From an uncultured Verrucomicrobiota bacterium (GTDB lineage: Bacteria > Verrucomicrobiota > Verrucomicrobiia > Limisphaerales > JADLHS01), in assembly GCA_903828255.1 (NCBI GenBank), contig CAIKLQ010000829.1:7824-71823 (forward strand): a stretch of DNA of 64,000 nt. Direction: 5' to 3'. Each line of letters opens with the position of its first letter. Position 1 is the first letter of the stretch. Positions 1-9,106 of this stretch are shown piece after piece. A model generated the notes under the pieces. That model ran no database searches and was not told where the DNA came from. It worked only from the letters and a program-made list of their open reading frames with translations. The translations under genes were made by a program, and so were the position numbers.

Positions 1-121
1 TTAAGGAGTTTTTGCTTGCGCTGAGGTGGCATCCTGGTTTATCAAAGTGCATCAATTGCAATGCAATCGTTAAGTCAGATGTTTCCGAAGAAATGATAAA
101 TCCACAACCGCTGAGGGCGTC

Positions 122-865
122 TTGAGTCGCCCTTACTCTCCACGTAGTTCGTTCTCGCCTGCCGCCCACACTAGGATCAACGGGAAAATCCGAGCCCGTG
201 AGGTCCGCGTCATCGGCGTGGATGGCAAGCAGCTCGGGGTGATTTCGCTGAACGAAGCGCTGGGCTTGGCGCGCACCAACGGGGTGGACTTGGTCGAGAT
301 CGCCGCCGCTGCCGTCCCGCCGGTCTGCCGGCTCGTGGACTTTGGAAAATTTCGCTACGAGCAGGCGAAAAAGGAAAAAGAATCCAAGAAGCATCAGCAC
401 GCCACGACGGTCAAGGAGGTCCAGCTCAGCCCGCGCATTGACCCGCACGATCTGGGCGTCAAGACCAGCCGCGCGGTGGATTTTCTCTGCGAAGACATGA
501 AGGTCAAAGTGGTGCTGAAGTTTCGCGGTCGCGAAATGGCCCACACCGAATTCGGCTTCGAGGTAATCAAGAAATTTGTCACGGACATTGAGCCCTACGG
601 CCATCCCGATTTTCAACCCAAGCTCGTGGGCCGCAGCATCACGCTGATGATCAGCCCGCTGCCCCGAAACAAGCGCGCCAAGAATCCGCGCTTGAACGAG
701 GATGGCTCGGAGCGCGAACCTGCTGCCGATGACGGGTTGGCTTCCGCCGGATCGAAGCCGCAAAAGCAAGTTGCCCACACCTCCCTGCCTCTTGCGGGCG
801 AAACTGAAAACTCGCCGGACGAAGACACTGACGAAGACGACGATCCGCCTGCCGCGACCTCGTAG
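122..865 (+). CDS. infC: translation initiation factor IF-3, with an acidic low-complexity C-terminal tail
   Basis: IF-3 motifs are present: RINGKIRAREVRVIGVDGKQLGV, PPVCRLVDFGKFRYEQ, LKFRGREMAH. The track start is TTG at 122 with GAGGG 7 nt upstream, so the true start is uncertain. About 55 residues after MISPLPRNKR have no IF-3 counterpart. Confidence 0.9.
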   Translation: MSRPYSPRSSFSPAAHTRINGKIRAREVRVIGVDGKQLGVISLNEALGLARTNGVDLVEIAAAAVPPVCRLVDFGKFRYEQAKKEKESKKHQHATTVKEVQLSPRIDPHDLGVKTSRAVDFLCEDMKVKVVLKFRGREMAHTEFGFEVIKKFVTDIEPYGHPDFQPKLVGRSITLMISPLPRNKRAKNPRLNEDGSEREPAADDGLASAGSKPQKQVAHTSLPLAGETENSPDEDTDEDDDPPAATS

Positions 866-873
866 TGCAGTGG

Positions 874-2346
874 TCAGCGCGGCCAGTGCTGCAGCAACTC
901 CGGAAAGCCGCATTGTTCGCAAACGGCGTTGGAGTGGTCGCAATAATCCCGCACGATCTGGATCAGGCCCTGTTGTTGCGCCGCACTTCGCAGCATTCGT
1001 TGCGAACTGCTGCCAAGCAATCGCTGGCGCGCGAGGCGCAACACCGAGTTGTCTTGTGCGGTCGGCCAGCAGAAGTAGCGGCGTTCGATTTCCGCGCGGA
1101 GCTTTTCACTTTTGCCCTCCGCCGCCCGCGTCCAGAGCCACGGCAGAATCACGTTGATGGCCAGGTCAGTCGCCCGGGTTGCGCCGAGCAGCGGCTGCGG
1201 CTGCTTCAAACGCGCCGAGCGAAACGTCCAGTGCCACGACCAGAATTCGTCGTTCTCCTGTTGCAAAATATCCACAAGCGAATCAAGCAGCCGCGCGTCC
1301 GCAATCGGCGCGGCGCCCCAACCTTCGAGCTTTTCGAGCAAGTCGCCGTGCGTCAGCCAGTGGGCGGCCAACGCGAGGCGGCGTTGCGGATGATTCGCTG
1401 GGCGCAAGCCGTGAAAACGCCAGAGGGACTGCGGCAGGATGCACGCTTCAAATTCGTCGCGCTCGCGCCACCAACAATCCCAAACGCGCCGCACGTAGCT
1501 GTCCGCGTCGGTTGGCGTGCGCGGCAGTTCCGTGGGCAGCAGATTACTCAAGCCGAGCAGCCGTGCCTGCAACGTCAGCGCCGTGGCGCCTCCACCAGCC
1601 CAGCGTTCGCGCGTCTCCGCGAGGCAGTGCATGGGCCAGACGTTGTGCTTGTAGCCGAGCGCCCGGAACAAGCCTTCCCACAGCGATTGCTCCCAACCGG
1701 CGTGCCGGGCGCGGGCTTGAAGTTGCGCAGCCTTCGCCTCGAATCGCATGCGTGCCGCCTGGTGCAACAGCGCCGTCAATTGTTCGGCGGGGAGTTCCCG
1801 CAGTGGCGCGGAGCATTTGCCGCGCAGGTTTTCCGGCAGGGGTTTCACCGGCTCGCGCTCCAGCCACCAATTCAGTTCCCCCAGCGGGGCGTCCAGAAAC
1901 GGGGCTAACGCCAGCGCCACGGGCGGTTTGTTTGCAGACTCCGGTTTCAGGCGGTTCGGGAACGAGCCCGCGGATCGCTGGCGCTCGTCTTCCCACACGA
2001 CGTGCAGCAGAACATTTTGAAACGCCGGATTACGGTCGTGGCCATGCGCATGCCAACCCGACGAACGAACGTCCACTTCCACGTCGCCGGATTGCGGCGC
2101 GTCCGAGCCGAATTGCAGCACCGTTCCGCGAAAATCCGGGCCGCCCTCGACGCTCGCAAAACCGGGATGAAGCACGCGCATGGGTTTGCCGTCCAACGTG
2201 CGCAATTGGTCGCGCTGGAGGCGCTGATGTTGCCAGATGGCCTGCAACAGCCGCTCGGGCGGCGCGTCGCCAGCATCGCCCAGCGCGGCGACCGCGTTGT
2301 GGCGGCTGCGCCATTCAGCATAGAAACTGTTGGATCCGAGGGACAC
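874..2346 (-). CDS. DUF2851 family protein (unknown function)
   Basis: The 490-aa ORF carries an N-terminal pattern I associate with DUF2851: LLQAIWQHQRL, LRTLDGKPMRVLHPG, GPDFRGTVLQFG, DVEVDVRSSGWHAHGHDRNP. It is convergent with infC. Confidence 0.65.
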   Translation of the reverse strand: MSLGSNSFYAEWRSRHNAVAALGDAGDAPPERLLQAIWQHQRLQRDQLRTLDGKPMRVLHPGFASVEGGPDFRGTVLQFGSDAPQSGDVEVDVRSSGWHAHGHDRNPAFQNVLLHVVWEDERQRSAGSFPNRLKPESANKPPVALALAPFLDAPLGELNWWLEREPVKPLPENLRGKCSAPLRELPAEQLTALLHQAARMRFEAKAAQLQARARHAGWEQSLWEGLFRALGYKHNVWPMHCLAETRERWAGGGATALTLQARLLGLSNLLPTELPRTPTDADSYVRRVWDCWWRERDEFEACILPQSLWRFHGLRPANHPQRRLALAAHWLTHGDLLEKLEGWGAAPIADARLLDSLVDILQQENDEFWSWHWTFRSARLKQPQPLLGATRATDLAINVILPWLWTRAAEGKSEKLRAEIERRYFCWPTAQDNSVLRLARQRLLGSSSQRMLRSAAQQQGLIQIVRDYCDHSNAVCEQCGFPELLQHWPR

Positions 2347-2542
2347 TTGAGATTGCTTTTGTGCCGAAGCCTTCCGAAAGTCAAGCTTACGAATGTGGGA
2401 CGTTTGGGAATGGTGGTTTCAGGACGGGGTGGAGCGCCGGTTTTTTGTCGGTATGGTGTCCGACCCGTCTGACGTGCCTGACCAATCGGATGGACGGATG
2501 GACGGTTATCTTGAACGAATCTGGCTCTGAGGAACTTTTAAT

Positions 2543-3904
2543 ATGACTGCAAAACATAAATCAAGCTGGCTCTGGGCCGTGCTGCTGTTGACTGGCGCGG
2601 GTGATTCCGGGCGGGGGGCCTCACTCGCCCCGGCGGGCGATATTCGCCGCGACGCGACCGTGATGGCCATTGAGCAGGCGATGCCCAGCGTGGTGAACAT
2701 TGCCACGACCAAGGTGGACGAGTACCGGGATCCCTATCTCGATTACCAACTCCGCTTTTTTGGGAAGCGCGCGCCACTGCAACGGCGGGAGGAGCCCGTT
2801 GGCGTCGGCTCGGGAGTGATCATTGACGAGGATGGCTACTTGCTAACGAACCTGCATGTGTTGGAAGGGGCCGACACCGTGCGAGTCAAACTGTCGAATG
2901 GGGAAGTGTTTCAAACCCGGGGGGTGGTGGGAACGCCCCAGAAGGATGTGGTCTTGCTTCAGATTATCGCGCCCGCCGGAAAAAAGTTTCAGGCCATGAA
3001 GTTCGCCCCGGATGATGACCTGTTGCTCGGCGAAACCGTCATTGCGCTGGGCAATCCCTATGGCTTGGGGGGCTCGGTCACGCGCGGGATTCTCAGTTCG
3101 AAAAACCGCCGACCGAGCGCTGGCGGCGAGCAACTGGACATTCCGGACTGGCTGCAAACGGACGCCGACATCAATCCCGGCAACAGCGGCGGTCCGCTCA
3201 TCAACTTGCGCGGCGAGATGATCGGGATCAACGCCGCGGTCTATCGCGAGGGCCAGGGTATGGGCGTGGGTTTCGCCATCCCGGTGAAACAGATTACCGC
3301 GGCGCTGGCTGACTTCTTCACCCCGGAAGCCTCCGCGGGGTATTGGTTGGGCGCTCGGGTCGGCTCGTTCAACCCGCCGCTGACGCTTTCGGAAGTCCAG
3401 CCGGGAAGCCCGGCGGAGAAAGCCGGCTTGCGAAAAGGGCAGCGCGTCCTCGCGGTCAACGGCCAGTCGCCGCGCAGTCTTGTGGATTTCCATCGGTTGG
3501 TCCTCGGCGATGAAAAAGATCTCACCGTGACGTTCCAGGTCGAGACGAATGGCGGGCGCCGTGCGATCACGGTATCCATGATCCCGGTCAGGGAATTGGT
3601 GAAACAGAAATTCGGCATGTCCGTGCGCGATCTGACCACGCAGGAGGCGGCGGCCATCCACGCCAAGCCCGGCTACGCGGTCATCATCGAGCAGGTCGAG
3701 AAAAGCAGTCCGGCGGAAAAAGCGAAACTACAGCCGGGCTTTCTGTTGACGGCGGTGGATGATCGCAAGGCGGGCGACCTGCTGCGCTCGGTGGATATGC
3801 TGGCGACGAAAAAAGCTGGCGACCGGGTGCGGCTTTCGTTCCTGGTGCCCCGCAGTTTCGGCACGAGCGCCGGGGACTACAGCGCAACTTTGACGGTGCG
3901 CTGA
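2543..3904 (+). CDS. HtrA/DegP-family periplasmic serine protease with two PDZ domains
   Basis: S1C catalytic triad context is present (GYLLTNLHV, KDVVLLQ, GNSGGPLINLRGEMIGIN). There is an N-terminal signal-like segment and two PDZ-like regions (GSPAEKAGLRKGQRVLAVNG; SSPAEKAKLQPGFLLTAVD). Confidence 0.9.
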   Translation: MTAKHKSSWLWAVLLLTGAGDSGRGASLAPAGDIRRDATVMAIEQAMPSVVNIATTKVDEYRDPYLDYQLRFFGKRAPLQRREEPVGVGSGVIIDEDGYLLTNLHVLEGADTVRVKLSNGEVFQTRGVVGTPQKDVVLLQIIAPAGKKFQAMKFAPDDDLLLGETVIALGNPYGLGGSVTRGILSSKNRRPSAGGEQLDIPDWLQTDADINPGNSGGPLINLRGEMIGINAAVYREGQGMGVGFAIPVKQITAALADFFTPEASAGYWLGARVGSFNPPLTLSEVQPGSPAEKAGLRKGQRVLAVNGQSPRSLVDFHRLVLGDEKDLTVTFQVETNGGRRAITVSMIPVRELVKQKFGMSVRDLTTQEAAAIHAKPGYAVIIEQVEKSSPAEKAKLQPGFLLTAVDDRKAGDLLRSVDMLATKKAGDRVRLSFLVPRSFGTSAGDYSATLTVR

Positions 3905-3957
3905 GGAATTTTTGGTCGCTCGCCGTGGCCCGCCTCGACTACTCTGCACCCTGCGGA

Positions 3958-4917
3958 ATGAATAACGGCAACATGATTGAAGTGTCCAACCTGACCAAGC
4001 GGTTCGCGGGGCGAACGGCGGTGGCGGATATTTCTTTCACGGTGGCGCGCGGCGAAATCGTCGGCCTGCTCGGCCCCAACGGCGCGGGCAAGAGCACGAC
4101 GATGCGCATCCTCGCCGGTTTTCTCCCCGCCAGCTCCGGCACGGTGCGCGTGGGCGGCTTCGATGTGTTCCGCGAATCCGAGGAAGTCCGGCGGCGCATC
4201 GGCTACATGCCCGAGAACAACCCGTTGCATCCAGAGATGCGCGTGCGGGAATACCTGAAATTTCGCGCCCGCCTAAAGGGGTTGAGTTTTCGCCAGTCAC
4301 GGTCGCGGGTGGACGTCGTGATGGAGCAATTTGGGTTGACCGACGTGAACCGGCGCATCATCGGGCAGCTTTCCAAAGGCTATCGCCAGCGCGTCGGGTT
4401 GGCGGACGCGCTGGTGCATGAGCCGGAACTGATCATCCTCGACGAGCCGACCATCGGGCTTGATCCGCAGCAAATCCGCACCGTGCGCGAACTGATCAAG
4501 GGGTTGGCCACGAAGCACACGGTTTTGATTTCGACCCATATTCTGCCCGAGGTCGAGATGATGTGTCACCGCGTGCTCATCCTGCTGAATGGCAGCATCC
4601 GCGCCGCTGACACGCCGGATAATTTGCAGAAAATCATGGCCGGCCAAAGTCAGGTGGTGGCCGAGATCGCGGCCCCGCTGGAAGAATTGCAAACTTGCTG
4701 GGCCCACTTGCCGGAGGTGGAGACCTTCGACATCACGCTTGCGGCCGACGAATACTTTCGCTGTGCGTTGACGCCGCGTGACGGAATTGACCTGCGCCCG
4801 CTCGTCTTCTCGCTCGCCCGCGAACGCGGTTGGGCTTTGCGCGAACTCACGCGCAGTCGGCATACACTGGAGGATATTTACGTTCAGGCGACCAAACCGC
4901 CGGAGGAGGAAGTGTGA
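3958..4917 (+). CDS. ABC transporter ATP-binding protein (ABC-2/GldA-like)
   Basis: Walker A GPNGAGKST, signature LSKGYRQRV and Walker B LIILDEPT are present. I moved the start to the ATG at 3958; the track ORF begins at GTG 3925. Confidence 0.9.
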   Translation: MNNGNMIEVSNLTKRFAGRTAVADISFTVARGEIVGLLGPNGAGKSTTMRILAGFLPASSGTVRVGGFDVFRESEEVRRRIGYMPENNPLHPEMRVREYLKFRARLKGLSFRQSRSRVDVVMEQFGLTDVNRRIIGQLSKGYRQRVGLADALVHEPELIILDEPTIGLDPQQIRTVRELIKGLATKHTVLISTHILPEVEMMCHRVLILLNGSIRAADTPDNLQKIMAGQSQVVAEIAAPLEELQTCWAHLPEVETFDITLAADEYFRCALTPRDGIDLRPLVFSLARERGWALRELTRSRHTLEDIYVQATKPPEEEV

Positions 4918-4932
4918 TGGGACAAGAATACA

Positions 4933-5046
4933 GAACCTCGAACCTCGAACCTCCAACACCCAACATCCAAAGCACCGTCCGTTGTGGCGCGGCTGAGCTT
5001 CCGAGGTTGGAGGTTCGAGGTTGGAGGTTCGAGGTTCGCTTTTTCC
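4933..5046. repeat. heptamer-array hairpin (5 + 5 tandem 7-nt units) followed by a T-run
   Basis: 4933-4967 reads gaacctc x3, caacacc, caacatc. 5003-5037 reads gaggttg, gaggttc, gaggttg, gaggttc, gaggttc. The arms are complementary, and gcttttt follows at 5038-5044. Confidence 0.85.
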
Positions 5047-5062
5047 CCGAGGAGGCCTGCTG

Positions 5063-5818
5063 ATGCAATCCTACCTCACCCTCACCCGGCGGGATCTGGC
5101 GGGTTATTTTCTGTCGCTCTCGGGCTACGTCATCATCGCCACGACGACTTTCCTGGTCGGACTGGGTTTTGTCGGACTGCTGGTCGGCTTGGGGAACGAT
5201 CCCTCGCCCATGCCGGTGACCGAGCTGTTTTTTCGCGCGTGGTATGGGTTTTGGCCCATCCTGATCCTGACCACGCCGGTGATCACGATGCGCCTGTTCG
5301 CGCTGGAACGGTTTTCCGGCACGTTCGAAACGCTGATGACCACGCCGGTGCGGGACCTGACCGTGGTGCTGGCCAAGTTTTCGGCGGCGCTGATTTTTTA
5401 CCTCGTGATGTGGCTGCCGATGCTGCCGTGCCTGGGGGTGGTGCAATACTACGCGCGGCAATCCGGCGCGCTCGAGTGGCACATGTTGGCCAGTCTGTTC
5501 CTGGGCATCGGGCTACTGGGCGCGTTATTTCTTTCGCTCGGGTGCTTTGCCTCGGCGCTGACGCGCAGTCAGGTGGTGGCCGCGATCGTGACGCTCCTCT
5601 TGAGCGCGAGTTTGTTTGCGCTGGGCTACCTCGCCGATCTTGTCGAACCCGGCGCTTCGTGGCAATCGCAGGTGCTCAGCCATCTGGCCTTGTTCGATCA
5701 GATGCACGGCTTCGCGCGCGGCGTGGTGGAAACCCGGGCGGTGGTGCTCTACGTCAGCCTGACGTTTTTCTTCTTGTTCCTGACCTTGCGCGCCGTCGAG
5801 AGCCGACGGTGGAGATAA
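5063..5818 (+). CDS. ABC-2 type transporter permease (GldF-like)
   Basis: The protein is multi-TM and hydrophobic and lies directly after the ATPase. I placed the start at ATG 5063 (MQSYLTLTRRDLAGYF) because the track start at 5021 lies inside the hairpin repeat. Confidence 0.75.
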   Translation: MQSYLTLTRRDLAGYFLSLSGYVIIATTTFLVGLGFVGLLVGLGNDPSPMPVTELFFRAWYGFWPILILTTPVITMRLFALERFSGTFETLMTTPVRDLTVVLAKFSAALIFYLVMWLPMLPCLGVVQYYARQSGALEWHMLASLFLGIGLLGALFLSLGCFASALTRSQVVAAIVTLLLSASLFALGYLADLVEPGASWQSQVLSHLALFDQMHGFARGVVETRAVVLYVSLTFFFLFLTLRAVESRRWR

Positions 5819-5819
5819 C

Positions 5820-7307
5820 ATGGAAAACGAGACCTCTTTGAAAAAAAGTTTCTCCGCGTGGAAGCGCTGGGGACTCGGCCTCGATCTCGTCGTGCGCACC
5901 GCGGTGGTGCTCGCGGTGGTTGTGATGGTTAATTACCTCGGGGCCCGCTGGTCGCACCGTTTCTTTCTCAACGCCGCCGCGCGGTATGAGTTATCCCCGC
6001 GCACCGCCGGTTTGCTCAAGTCCATCACCAACGAGGTTCAGGTCATCGTTTACTACGATCAGGAGAACCCGGTCTTCCCGGCGATCTCCACGCTGCTTCG
6101 GGAATATCGCAACGCCAATTCGCACATTCACCTCACGACCGTGGATTACATTCGGGACATGGGCGAGGCCACGAAGCTGAAGGAAAACGACAAATACAAA
6201 CCCTACCTGACTGGCGCTACCAATAAGAACCTCGTCCTCTTCGAGTGCGCCGGTACGGTCATCCCGGTGAATGGCCAGGCGATTGGCCGGTATCGCTACG
6301 AAGAGATCCCCAACCCCAACCCCGACCAGGGCAAGTACCACAAGCACCTGTTGTTTTACGGTGAAAACCTTTTCACCGCCGCGCTCTTTGCGGCGATCAA
6401 CCCCAAACCGATGAAAGCTTGCTACCTCATTGGTCACGGCGAACCTCGCCTGGACGATGCCGGGGAGGCGGGTTACCAAACATTCCTCTCCGTCCTGCAA
6501 CAATTTCATATTGAGGTTCAGCCTTTGAGTTTGCTCGGCACCAACGCCGTTCCGGCGGACTGCAACCTCCTCGTCATTGCTGGGCCCAGCACGCCGCTGC
6601 TCGAATCCGAGCGGGAGCGGGCGGATGATTACCTGCGCCAGGGCGGTCGGTTGCTCGCCCTGTTTAATCCCGGATCGCTCGGGCGTCTGACGGGCTTGGA
6701 ATCCATCCTTGCCGGTTGGGGTGTGGGCGTTACCAACGCAGCGATTGCCGAGCCTAAATTAACTTCCGGCAAGTTGGACCTCATCGTGATGAGCTTCAAT
6801 GACCTCCACCCGGTCGTCAATCCACTGATCGGATCGGGGCTGCACTTGATCCTGCCCCGGCCGGTGGGGCGACTCGAGGTCGGCAAAGTTCCTGCCGATG
6901 CGCCGCAAGTGGAGGTCCTCGCCCAGACCAGTCCGGCCGCCACCCTGGATCGTGGCTCGCGTCGGGGACCGGGCCGATTCCCACTCGCCGTCGCCGTCGA
7001 GAAACGCAACGCTCCGGGGGTCATCACCGAGCGCGGCGCGACGCGCATCATCGTGGTCGGTGATTCGCTGTTCCTCTGCAAACAGATGATCGAATCCGCT
7101 GGCAACAAGGATTTCCTCGGCTACGCGGTCAACTGGCTGCTCGAACGCACGGAACTCATGCAGGGCCTCGGTCCGAGACCGGTGACGGAATATCGGTTGG
7201 CGATGACGATTTCACAGCAACATTCCGCGCAATGGCTCATGCTGGCGGCGATTCCAGGCGCGGTGCTCGCGTTTGGCGGAGTCGTCTGGCTGCGGCGGCG
7301 CAAGTGA
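5820..7307 (+). CDS. GldG-family ABC-transport auxiliary protein
   Basis: An N-terminal TM is followed by YELSPRTAGLLKSITNEVQVIVYYD, and a C-terminal TM anchor is present. The start is 2 nt after the permease stop. This is the typical GldG layout. Confidence 0.75.
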   Translation: MENETSLKKSFSAWKRWGLGLDLVVRTAVVLAVVVMVNYLGARWSHRFFLNAAARYELSPRTAGLLKSITNEVQVIVYYDQENPVFPAISTLLREYRNANSHIHLTTVDYIRDMGEATKLKENDKYKPYLTGATNKNLVLFECAGTVIPVNGQAIGRYRYEEIPNPNPDQGKYHKHLLFYGENLFTAALFAAINPKPMKACYLIGHGEPRLDDAGEAGYQTFLSVLQQFHIEVQPLSLLGTNAVPADCNLLVIAGPSTPLLESERERADDYLRQGGRLLALFNPGSLGRLTGLESILAGWGVGVTNAAIAEPKLTSGKLDLIVMSFNDLHPVVNPLIGSGLHLILPRPVGRLEVGKVPADAPQVEVLAQTSPAATLDRGSRRGPGRFPLAVAVEKRNAPGVITERGATRIIVVGDSLFLCKQMIESAGNKDFLGYAVNWLLERTELMQGLGPRPVTEYRLAMTISQQHSAQWLMLAAIPGAVLAFGGVVWLRRRK

Positions 7308-7308
7308 C

Positions 7309-9105
7309 ATGAACCCGAAACACACCTGGGCCTGGATCGGCGTCGCGGCGGTATTGGTGGCGTTCATTTTCTTGGATCGGCGTTGGAACAAACCTGCCCT
7401 CGGTCCGCGGCCGTTCCTGTCGAACTTCAGCGCCGCGGCCGCCACCGGCGTGAGAGTTCGCCCCGCGAACGTTGAGGAAATCCGCGCCGATCGCACCAAC
7501 TCGGCGTGGATGATTACGCGGCCCTTCAACTTTCCCGCGAATCGAGTCCGGGTGGAAGCCTTGCTTCTGGTGCTCGAAAGATTGTCGCCCGCCGCAGTCA
7601 TCACCGCCCGCGAATTGCAGCGTCACCCGAAGGCTGATGAAGAGTTTGGTTTTGATAATCCGCGAATCTCGCTGGAAATCCAACAAAACGAGGCGCGCAC
7701 CCAATTGAAATTTGGTCGTCGCACGGCGCCGGGCGATCAGGTGTTCGTCCAAGTCGTTGGCGGCGTGGACACCTTTGTCGTGGACGCGGAGTTGCTGAAG
7801 CTACTGCCAGCCTCGGTTAACGACTGGCGCGACCCGGTGCTCCTGGATTTGCGCCCGCTCGTCTTCGACCGCATGAGCATTACCAACGCCGGCAAGGTCA
7901 TCGCCTTCCAACGCGACGCGACCAACAACCTGTGGCGCATCACCGAGCCATTGTCCGCGCGTGCCGACGCCCAGCACATCCTCATGTCATTTCAAAAACT
8001 GCAGGGTTTGAGCATCAGCCAGTTTGTCACGGACAATCCCTCGGCAGATCTCGATTCCTTCGGCCTCACGCCGCCTGCCCTGTCGCTCGCCTTTGCGCGG
8101 GGCACGAACAACGTCGCCTTGCTCCAATTCGGCAAGACCAACGCGGCGGGACACTTCTTCGCCCGCCGTGGGGGAATCAACTCCGTCGTCACCGTGCCGC
8201 CCGAACCGCTTGCGCCGTGGCGGGAACAGTTTTACGAGTTTCGCGATCGGCAACTCCTCGCGTTGCCGGCGGACCTGCGCGAAATCGAAGTCCGGGCGGC
8301 GGAGAACTTCATCCTCCAACGCGAGTCGTCCAACGCCTGGCATTTCGCGACGGAAGAATTTCCCGCGGACCCGGCGCTCGTAGAGGAATTTCTCACCGCC
8401 CTCAGCCGTTTGGAGATCGCGCAGTTCATGCAGGATGCCGTGCTGAATCCAGACCTCGCCCGTTACGGGCTGACGTCGCCAGTGCAGCAGGTTATTTTCA
8501 AAGCGCCTGTCGCAGCCGGAACGACGAACACGCCGCTGGCCCAGCTCTCCTTTGGGGCCAAGGCGGGTGAAAATATCTACGCCCGCCGGGCGGACGAAGA
8601 CTCCGTTTATGCCGTGAAGCTGGCGGATTTTCAGATTTTGCCCACCGCGGCTTGGCGGATGCGGCAGCGGCGCATCTGGAATTTCTCCGAACACGAAATT
8701 GCGCGGGTGGTGATCCACCAATCCGGCAAGACGCGCGAACTTATCCACGATGGCCCGAACCTGTGGTCGTTTGCCGCCAACTCGCAGGGCATCCTGAACG
8801 GATTGGCGATGGAGCAGGTGACTCGCGGCTTTTGCGATCTCGCGGCCCCGTCCTGGGTGACGGCGTGGGTGGCGCGCGGGGAAGCGGCGCGGGACGCGCG
8901 CTTTGGCATCACGACCAACACCCTGGCGTTGACGTTCGAGTTGAAGCGCGGTGAAAAGTTCGACCTCCAGTTCGGGGCGCTTTCCCCAGCGCAATATCCC
9001 TACGCCCGCGTGACCCTGGAGGGCGAGCCGTGGGTGTTTGAATTTTCCACGGTGCTCTGGGAACTGGTGCTTAATTATCTCACCATTCCGGAAAAAGGGC
9101 CTTGA
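7309..9105 (+). CDS. DUF4340 domain protein
   Basis: ATG 7309 lies 1 nt after the GldG stop (7305-7307). A single N-terminal TM (WAWIGVAAVLVAFIFL) precedes a large soluble region. Position and architecture match the DUF4340 partners of GldG. Confidence 0.6.
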   Translation: MNPKHTWAWIGVAAVLVAFIFLDRRWNKPALGPRPFLSNFSAAAATGVRVRPANVEEIRADRTNSAWMITRPFNFPANRVRVEALLLVLERLSPAAVITARELQRHPKADEEFGFDNPRISLEIQQNEARTQLKFGRRTAPGDQVFVQVVGGVDTFVVDAELLKLLPASVNDWRDPVLLDLRPLVFDRMSITNAGKVIAFQRDATNNLWRITEPLSARADAQHILMSFQKLQGLSISQFVTDNPSADLDSFGLTPPALSLAFARGTNNVALLQFGKTNAAGHFFARRGGINSVVTVPPEPLAPWREQFYEFRDRQLLALPADLREIEVRAAENFILQRESSNAWHFATEEFPADPALVEEFLTALSRLEIAQFMQDAVLNPDLARYGLTSPVQQVIFKAPVAAGTTNTPLAQLSFGAKAGENIYARRADEDSVYAVKLADFQILPTAAWRMRQRRIWNFSEHEIARVVIHQSGKTRELIHDGPNLWSFAANSQGILNGLAMEQVTRGFCDLAAPSWVTAWVARGEAARDARFGITTNTLALTFELKRGEKFDLQFGALSPAQYPYARVTLEGEPWVFEFSTVLWELVLNYLTIPEKGP

Positions 9106-9106
9106 T

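Noticed and set aside
865-2546. Long + strand ORFs (865..1908, 1179..2546) opposite the DUF2851 gene
   Set aside because: They are Arg/Ala/Pro-rich shadow ORFs, typical of the antisense strand of GC-rich genes. They carry no motifs and overlap a gene with sensible sequence.
4933-5037. Possible CRISPR array (also considered for 18701-18779, 20331-20365, 27835-27862 and 30193-30258)
   Set aside because: The units are 7 nt and directly tandem with no spacers, the arrays are 3-5 units long, and no cas genes are present. These are not CRISPR.
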